Of a stretch of 5,797 bases of DNA, positions 1-3,922 are shown piece by piece; position 1 is the stretch's first letter, and each line of letters begins with the position of its first letter. Origin of the DNA: a virus; IMG/VR virus record IMGVR_UViG_3300020182_000003, positions 1-5,797 of that record; one strand, 5' to 3'. Below the pieces are notes generated by a model that made no database searches, had not been told where the DNA came from, and saw only the letters and a list, made by a program, of their open reading frames with translations. The position numbers and the translations under genes are program-made.

Positions 1-127
1 ATCTGAATTATTAGATAAATTATTATTTAAATCAGATAAAATTGGAATTTTAGAGACTTTTATTATTTCGTTTGAATTAAATTGAACCACGTTATTTGAT
101 ACTGAGAATGGTCTTGGGTTTGGTTTA
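1..127. repeat. Left copy of an exact 127-nt terminal direct repeat (identical to 5671..5797). This is an assembly overlap showing that the replicon is a 5670-nt circle.
   Basis: Comparison block by block shows bases 1..127 and 5671..5797 are identical. An ORF reads straight through the junction. 127 nt is a typical maximum k-mer overlap for de Bruijn assemblers. Confidence 0.95.
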
Positions 128-843
128 GGACCATCTGGTGAAAGAAAATTAAATAAAGTTGGTTTATTTTCATCAGAGTTTGCCCTGCGGCCAAGTAAAT
201 CAATTCCAAATGTTCTTTGCTGACCGGCTGAAGAAAAGAAATTGCCAATTTCTGTTCCTTCACCAAGCAATTCAGTAATTTGTCCCGCGCCCAAGCTTTG
301 AAATGGCTTGATACGCATGAATTCAGCAAGCGATTTAGGAATGACTAAATCAGTTCCTAAATAATTAGCAGGGACTTTATTATTAGTATCGTTATATTTG
401 CCCCAAACATCCTCAACTACTTTTGGCATTGCATTTGATGTATTCAATGCAATTTGAGATTTAATTAAATCGGTTTCTAATCCAAATTTTTGTTTTTGCT
501 GTTCCATCCCCATATAATTTTGATATCCACTATAAGCACCTGATAGGGCTTCTTTTATTCCAAAACTACCGTGATCAATTAATGGTGATGTATATTTGGT
601 AACAATATTACCCATTCCACCAGTTGTTCGAAGTGCTGTTAATGGATTAAAACCCGCCGCTCTGGCATCATCTGCTAATTGTTGAAAATTAACTCTTGTT
701 GAATTTGTTGATATTTCACCTCCACTTGTACGTGAATGTGATACTTTTTTATCAATTAGTCCGCCAATTCCTGCTCCAACTTTTGAACCTAATGGGCCAA
801 ATTGTTTTCCGAATAATCCGCCAATTGTACTAAATATACCCAT
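1..843 (-). CDS. VP2: DNA pilot / minor capsid protein (VP2-like, functional analogue of phiX174 H). This part holds the first 281 codons. The ORF leaves the window at base 1 and continues on the circle at 5670..5614, for 299 aa in total.
   Basis: I translated the minus strand by hand from ATG 843..841 to base 1 and found no stop. The same frame is closed upstream by TAG at 870..868. The N-terminus is glycine-rich and hydrophobic (MGIFSTIGGLFGKQFGPLGSKVGAGIGGLI). The motif FQQLADDARAAGFNPLTAL resembles the AAGLNPxLA motif I recall in gokushovirus VP2 proteins. The tail is Asn/Ser-rich. The gene sits directly upstream of the capsid gene. The ORF track misses it because each copy is truncated by the linearisation point. 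Confidence 0.82.
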   Translation of the reverse strand, partial: MGIFSTIGGLFGKQFGPLGSKVGAGIGGLIDKKVSHSRTSGGEISTNSTRVNFQQLADDARAAGFNPLTALRTTGGMGNIVTKYTSPLIDHGSFGIKEALSGAYSGYQNYMGMEQQKQKFGLETDLIKSQIALNTSNAMPKVVEDVWGKYNDTNNKVPANYLGTDLVIPKSLAEFMRIKPFQSLGAGQITELLGEGTEIGNFFSSAGQQRTFGIDLLGRRANSDENKPTLFNFLSPDGPKPNPRPFSVSNNVVQFNSNEIIKVSKIPILSDLNNNLSNNSD

Positions 844-935
844 TAATTTGATCCCAATAAATATGGGCTAAATAACGCCGCGCCAATTAAAATTCCCGCG
901 AGTAGGGCATATGTATATTGTTTTAATGTTGTCAT
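843..935 (-). CDS. 30-aa single-pass membrane peptide (MTTLKQYTYALLAGILIGAALFSPYLLGSN).
   Basis: The start is ATG 935..933, preceded by GGAG about 9 nt upstream. It forms an ATGA overlap with the stop of the upstream ORF. Its TAA (845..843) overlaps the VP2 ATG as TAATG. The hydrophobic core of about 19 residues is long enough to span a membrane. It is below the ORF-track size cut-off. Confidence 0.45.
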   Translation of the reverse strand: MTTLKQYTYALLAGILIGAALFSPYLLGSN

Positions 936-1237
936 TTTATAAATCTCCGTGTAAGGAGATCAATAAGAATACCGCAACCTAAAGTTGCGCCCAATACAAT
1001 GCTATCGACAGATTGAGTTGCAACACCCATTCCAGTCAAATATGCGCCTAATAGAGTACCACATCTAGTAATCAGTGGTCGAGCTATTGCTTTTATTAAT
1101 GTAATGTTTAAAATTTTAACCTCCTTGTTTAAGAGGTCAAAGTTACGTTTGGCCGATAATATATAGTATGATAACTTCCAAACGTAGTGTCCTTGACCTA
1201 CATGTTGTATGTAATTTGATTTCTTAACAGAAGTCAA
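932..1237 (-). CDS. Small hydrophobic glycine-zipper protein. The maximal ORF is 101 aa from a TTG start. A shorter form of about 60 aa (1114..932) is more likely.
   Basis: The C-terminal half, GTLLGAYLTGMGVATQSVDSIVLGATLGCGILIDLL, has two Gly-x3-Gly-rich hydrophobic segments. The strongest Shine-Dalgarno motif in the genome (AAGGAGG, minus strand 1126..1120) lies inside the ORF, 5 nt before an in-frame ATT (1114..1112). The TTG at 1237 has no SD and lies only about 9 nt downstream of a TATAAT box. The TGA stop (934..932) overlaps the next ATG. Confidence 0.5.
   Translation of the reverse strand: MTSVKKSNYIQHVGQGHYVWKLSYYILSAKRNFDLLNKEVKILNITLIKAIARPLITRCGTLLGAYLTGMGVATQSVDSIVLGATLGCGILIDLLTRRFIK
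1120..1126 (-). promoter_or_regulatory. Consensus Shine-Dalgarno motif AAGGAGG inside the 101-aa ORF.
   Basis: The plus strand reads cctcctt at 1120..1126. No ATG, GTG or TTG follows within 5-10 nt. The only candidate at normal spacing is the in-frame ATT at 1114..1112. Confidence 0.5.
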
Positions 1238-1260
1238 GAAATAAAATTATAATCTTTTTT

Positions 1261-1296
1261 CCTTGGAGAAAATAATTAAAATTATTTGCACCAAGG
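1261..1296. repeat. AT-rich 36-nt near-perfect palindrome (CCTTGG-ag-AAATAATT-aa-AATTATTT-gca-CCAAGG) spanning the stop codon of the basic ORF.
   Basis: Pairing by hand gives 15 of 18 symmetric positions complementary. The TAA stop at 1284..1282 lies inside it. On the coding strand a TATAAT box follows at 1251..1246. Confidence 0.7.
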
Positions 1297-1770
1297 AACA
1301 AAAGATTTTGACCCCCCTTTTCCTTTTTGTGCTTTTTTTGAATCTGGCCTTTCCTTACAAACGTCGCGCCTCTTTTTGGAGGACTGATCCTCAGGCTTTG
1401 GTTTTTCATTTCGGGCAGAATTGAGAGCAACAAGTTGCTCAAGTTTTTTTGATGGGGGTCTTGAGACCCCCAAACCCCCAACAATTTTGTGTTTTTGAAA
1501 TTGTTTTTGTTTTAGACCACGATCCGTCAGTCCTATTTTGTATAGGGTCCGTTCCAAACCTAATCGTTTAAACGATTGTGTTTTACTCCGAGATGGTACT
1601 CGATCGATTGACAAGACGGGTAGGGGGGGGAGTGTTATTTTTGGTTTTCTTTGCGTTTTCCAACGAGATAACACTTTTTTCACTAAACTTCTATTAACTG
1701 CTGCACTTCGTGGAGCAGTTAATAAGTTAGCGTTTTTTCTCGATTTTCTTCTTTTTCTGGTATTAGCCAT
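1282..1770 (-). CDS. Hypothetical highly basic protein of about 162 aa. It is a candidate DNA-binding/packaging protein, analogous to J or VP8 but much larger. Its coding status is uncertain.
   Basis: The frame is open for 188 codons. The first ATGs are at 1782 and 1770, and I chose 1770 (MANTRKRRKSRKN...). By my count it has about 46 K+R against about 10 D+E. It overlaps the VP4 3' end by 52 nt. The coding strand is A-rich and T-poor here, which makes stop-free frames more likely, and a second frame is also open for 86 codons. The stretch is packed with palindromes. Confidence 0.5.
   Translation of the reverse strand: MANTRKRRKSRKNANLLTAPRSAAVNRSLVKKVLSRWKTQRKPKITLPPLPVLSIDRVPSRSKTQSFKRLGLERTLYKIGLTDRGLKQKQFQKHKIVGGLGVSRPPSKKLEQLVALNSARNEKPKPEDQSSKKRRDVCKERPDSKKAQKGKGGSKSFVPWCK
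1454..1471. repeat. GC-rich hairpin GGGGGTC-TTGA-GACCCCC, inside the basic ORF.
   Basis: Perfect 7-bp inverted repeat with a 4-nt loop, read directly. It is flanked by another C5 run at 1475..1479. Confidence 0.75.
1562..1577. repeat. Perfect 16-bp palindrome AATCGTTTAAACGATT, inside the basic ORF.
   Basis: The sequence equals its own reverse complement. A second 8-bp palindrome, TCGATCGA, lies at 1600..1607. Confidence 0.85.
1692..1724 (-). promoter_or_regulatory. Conserved stem-loop, copy C. The stem is 11 bp (TATTAACTGCT / AGCAGTTAATA) around the invariant core GCACTTCGTGG. It overlaps the VP4 stop codon.
   Basis: The core 1703..1713 is identical to the cores at 3898..3908 and 5584..5594. 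The stem position next to the core is T:A here and A:T in the other two copies, a compensatory change. The VP4 TAA (1721..1719) lies in the stem. Confidence 0.8.
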
Positions 1771-2678
1771 ATCGCATTCCATTCGTCTGCTATTGTTTTT
1801 ATTATTATTGCGTCTTCGTCGTGATTTACAATTTTGTGTGCATCCCACCTTGGGTCTTTATTTTCCAATGTGTGCAATAATTTTTGCCAAAGATTTACAG
1901 GATCGTGTTTTACTAATTCATCCTCGTAATCTTCTACTATTTGTGAATATGGCATTTTTTTATAAGAAAATGCGTGTCGGTCTAACCATTCGTGCAAATA
2001 ATATTTTATATAATTTTTTCTGGTTTTGCCCTGTATATAAAATTCACGGCGTTTGCCATGTTTGTCAAATTCATCGTTAAAAGAATATATAAAAGTTTGT
2101 GGGCTTATGCCCTGTTCAACATGTTTGATTGCTAACTTTTTGAAATATTCATCGCCTAAAGGCGGTTTTTTACTTATTGCAAAATGATTTTGCTTTATTT
2201 CTTGTGCTTTTAATTTTTTTTCATCATGTTTTTGCTGTTTAAGCATATACTTAAACATATAATTAAATCCATGATATGTTGGTTTTTCTATAAAAGAATA
2301 TCCATGCTCCCAATAGTCCCATGTATAACATTCTTTATTATATACTAAACCTTTTGGCATTTTACCGCTAAAAAAACACGCGATATGCCAGTGACAGCGA
2401 CCATAAAAACTGCCCAGTTCGCCGCTAACTGCGTATCGGACTTTATACCCCTTATTTCTAAAATTTTTAATAAAATTTTGTACGTGCTTATAATTTAATA
2501 CTGTGCTTTCTGGTGTGTCACCGCCACCATAAGTGAGTGTAACAATTAATGTTAAATCACTGTGGATGGCTTCGGCAAGTGCTCTACCCGAATAATCATG
2601 TATTCGGTTTGCAGAGCATTGCCAGCATCCGTGACATGCAACCAACTGACCGTCAATATTATTTGGTGTTACACACAT
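1719..2678 (-). CDS. VP4: Replication initiation protein: a rolling-circle HUH endonuclease of the Microviridae VP4 / phiX174 gpA type.
   Basis: Cys-rich N-terminus (CHGCWQCSANR). Motif I is IVTLTY. Motif II is the HUH motif GRCHWHIACFF (HWH at 2393..2385). Motif III is YMFKY (2261..2247), matching the two-tyrosine YxxKY active site of phiX174 gpA. The RBS GAAGG lies 8 nt upstream of ATG 2678. Confidence 0.93.
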   Translation of the reverse strand: MCVTPNNIDGQLVACHGCWQCSANRIHDYSGRALAEAIHSDLTLIVTLTYGGGDTPESTVLNYKHVQNFIKNFRNKGYKVRYAVSGELGSFYGRCHWHIACFFSGKMPKGLVYNKECYTWDYWEHGYSFIEKPTYHGFNYMFKYMLKQQKHDEKKLKAQEIKQNHFAISKKPPLGDEYFKKLAIKHVEQGISPQTFIYSFNDEFDKHGKRREFYIQGKTRKNYIKYYLHEWLDRHAFSYKKMPYSQIVEDYEDELVKHDPVNLWQKLLHTLENKDPRWDAHKIVNHDEDAIIIKTIADEWNAIWLIPEKEENREKTLTY

Positions 2679-2744
2679 TTATTTTGCCTTCAGTCGGTTT
2701 CAAGTCACTAGATGCATATATGTACGAGAGTTGTATATGCTTTC

Positions 2745-2787
2745 GCTTCTCCCCCCTCCAATACTTGGAGTTTACGGGGGGAGAAGC
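2745..2787. promoter_or_regulatory. Nested GC-rich hairpin. It has a perfect 12-bp stem (GCTTCTCCCCCC / GGGGGGAGAAGC) and a 19-nt loop that itself folds as CTCCAA-TAC-TTGGAG.
   Basis: The arms at 2745..2756 and 2776..2787 are exact reverse complements. The inner 5-6 bp hairpin is at 2756..2770. It lies in the 143-nt non-coding gap between the peptidase stop and the VP4 start. Confidence 0.85.
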
Positions 2788-2790
2788 TCT

Positions 2791-2813
2791 GTTGAGTACG
2801 GGAGCTACTCAAC
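2791..2813. promoter_or_regulatory. Hairpin GTTGAGTA-CGGGAGC-TACTCAAC, 8 nt downstream of the peptidase stop on the coding strand.
   Basis: Perfect 8-bp inverted repeat with a 7-nt loop. A T4 run follows on the plus strand only. On the coding strand the hairpin is preceded by A4 and has no following T-run. Confidence 0.8.
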
Positions 2814-2821
2814 TTTTATGG

Positions 2822-3259
2822 TCAGTCAAATACTTGACCGTCCCAATCCTTCAATTGCCAATGTGCAGGATCATAAAATTCCCAATCAAACCCATTTTCA
2901 AGTTTGATATTCATTTTACGTGCAACATCATGGCCGATTTCATATAAAATCCGCCATTCTTTTTTTGTCATACCGTCCCATAGTTTTGTACTATGAACGA
3001 TATCTACAGCCGCACCGTATTGATGATAACTTTCACCCGCTTTTGCTTGTGAAAATCCTTTTTCATACAATTCTTGCTGACGTTCTGGTGTGCGCATCAT
3101 TTCAACCGCAAAAACTGGTATTGAATAGCCTTTGCAAGCTTTTACCATATTGCGTTCCCATTTGAGAATATCGGGGTGCGCGCCAATGCGCGCAGCCCTA
3201 AGTTGTTGTTGCTTGTAATTTATTGAATTAATAAATTGTTTATTCGCCATCGCTTTCAT
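2822..3259 (-). CDS. Zinc D,D- or L,D-peptidase of the LAS / Peptidase_M15 (VanY-like, M15_4-type) family. It is a candidate peptidoglycan endolysin of about 145 aa. An alternative ATG lies at 3250, and the maximal ORF extends to 3424.
   Basis: The motif RTPERQQELY is followed by SYHQYGAAVDIVH, giving H-x6-D with H134 at 3025..3023 and D141 at 3004..3002. A C-terminal DPAHW supplies H188 at 2863..2861. This is the His/Asp/His zinc triad layout of VanY and the phage T5 endolysin. A domain-only size of about 140 aa fits the ATG at 3259 or 3250. ATG 3250 overlaps the upstream stop (ATGGCGAATAA). No signal peptide or TM segment is evident. Confidence 0.87.
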   Translation of the reverse strand: MKAMANKQFINSINYKQQQLRAARIGAHPDILKWERNMVKACKGYSIPVFAVEMMRTPERQQELYEKGFSQAKAGESYHQYGAAVDIVHSTKLWDGMTKKEWRILYEIGHDVARKMNIKLENGFDWEFYDPAHWQLKDWDGQVFD

Positions 3260-3869
3260 TGCTAGATTGTGCGTTGTCGGCTGTGGCTTTCTCTGTACCA
3301 CTTTCTCCAAGTTTTGACGTATCTGTGCTACTGTCGTCTTTCTGAAGCCCGCTTGGCGGTAAAGTGGGTTTATTACCTCCCTTAAGTGGCGGGAAAGATC
3401 CTGTATCATTTTCAATAACCTCATCTTGTTTTGTTAATCTTTCCACTTGATCAATTAAAATTTGCTCGCGTTTTGATGTTTCTGTTTTTATCATATGCAT
3501 TAATCGTTCCATTTCTGGATTGCGTGTTCGACGCATTTCCAAACCAGTAAACTTAACATCCGAAAGTTTTTGTATTGTGTGATCTTGGGCGCGGTTTTTA
3601 TACGTAATAGATACGTTTTTGTCCTTACTTACTGCCCTAATATATGTTGTTGAACTAACGGTAGTGATTAATGTGAATAATCCCTCATCACTTACTAATA
3701 ATTTTTCATCATCAAAAGATTTTGTATTACTTGCATATATTGCAACTTTTTCTGAAGTGTTAAATTCAACACGAATGGTACGGTGGTTACCAATTACTTT
3801 AAATTCTAAATTTTCATTTAGTTTTAATTTGTTCCACCCGTCGAGAGCTTGAATTTGATATCGTTTCAT
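3240..3869 (-). CDS. Hypothetical 209-aa protein with no recognisable motif. It is a candidate scaffolding or decoration protein.
   Basis: ATG 3869 is preceded by AGGAAG at about 6 nt. It lies immediately downstream of the capsid gene and hairpin A. The N-terminal 100 aa or so show alternating beta-like segments (LEFKVIG, TIRVEFN, KVAIYAS, LFTLITTV, TYIRAVS, VSITYKN). A charged helical segment follows, then an acidic, Ser/Thr/Gly-rich and probably disordered tail ending NESDGE. Confidence 0.7.
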   Translation of the reverse strand: MKRYQIQALDGWNKLKLNENLEFKVIGNHRTIRVEFNTSEKVAIYASNTKSFDDEKLLVSDEGLFTLITTVSSTTYIRAVSKDKNVSITYKNRAQDHTIQKLSDVKFTGLEMRRTRNPEMERLMHMIKTETSKREQILIDQVERLTKQDEVIENDTGSFPPLKGGNKPTLPPSGLQKDDSSTDTSKLGESGTEKATADNAQSSNESDGE

Positions 3870-3889
3870 TGTTTCTTCCTATGTTGTTT

Positions 3890-3916
3890 GCCCTGCAGCA
3901 CTTCGTGGTGCAGGGC
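3890..3916 (-). promoter_or_regulatory. Conserved stem-loop, copy A. The 8-bp stem is GCCCTGCA / TGCAGGGC around the core GCACTTCGTGG. It lies 6 nt after the VP1 stop and 20 nt before the ORF209 ATG.
   Basis: The 23-nt block CCTGCAGCACTTCGTGGTGCAGG is identical to 5578..5600. The outer pairs differ from copy B in a compensatory way. On the coding strand it reads CCTGCA-C-CAC-GAA-GTG-C-TGCAGG. No T-run follows it. Confidence 0.85.
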
Positions 3917-3922
3917 GGTTGC

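Noticed and set aside
1-127. The terminal direct repeat could be a biological feature (phage DTR, LTR or IS ends).
   Set aside because: The repeat is exact, direct and 127 nt long, which is a common assembler k-mer size. A single ORF reads continuously through the junction. This is the signature of a circular contig, not physical genome ends or a mobile-element boundary.
63-329. An 88-aa minus-strand ORF from the track, embedded in an alternate frame of VP2. It could be an E-like overlapping lysis gene.
   Set aside because: It starts at TTG with no SD, and its first ATG comes late. The sequence has no convincing N-terminal TM helix like the one in phiX174 E. It lies wholly inside a much better supported frame. 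It cannot be excluded without comparative data, but there is no positive evidence for it.
629-638. A 10-nt match (CGAAGTGCTG) to the hairpin core in inverted orientation inside VP2 could be a fourth copy.
   Set aside because: The flanks do not form the stem: only 3 outer pairs plus mismatches. The match falls within the conserved NPLTALR coding motif. A single 10-mer match is marginal evidence and is most simply explained by chance.
1224-1484. An 86-aa minus-strand ORF overlapping the basic ORF in another frame.
   Set aside because: It has a TTG start and no SD, and it runs across the AT-rich palindrome and the TATAAT region. The coding strand is T-poor here, so stop-free frames are expected by chance.
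1300-1640. The G/C runs (C6 at 1311..1316, G5 and C5 runs at 1454..1479, G8 at 1623..1630) could be a G-quadruplex motif, or the region could hold a tRNA or other ncRNA gene.
   Set aside because: There are never four G-tracts within a quadruplex-compatible distance on one strand. I found no cloverleaf, no T-loop GTTCRANYC-like box and no acceptor-stem pairing in either orientation.
1538-2080. A 180-aa plus-strand ORF. The other plus-strand ORFs (2549..2947, 2920..3165, 3619..3852, 4114..4377, 5235..5654) belong in the same category.
   Set aside because: All are antisense shadows of strongly supported minus-strand genes (VP4, peptidase, ORF209, VP1). They lack SD motifs and give low-complexity Leu/Phe-rich translations, as expected from the complement of A-rich codons. 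Microviruses transcribe one strand only.
2791-2820. The hairpin plus TTTT could be a rho-independent terminator on the plus strand.
   Set aside because: No credible plus-strand gene exists for it to terminate. On the coding strand the T-run precedes the hairpin as A4. I kept it as a structural element of the intergenic region instead.
3340-3400. The SD-like AAGGGAGG inside the ORF209/peptidase overlap could stimulate a prfB-style +1 frameshift or drive an internal start.
   Set aside because: No start codon follows at a usable spacing. The zero frame has no stop or rare-codon pause next to a CUU-type slip site. The motif simply encodes LKGG.
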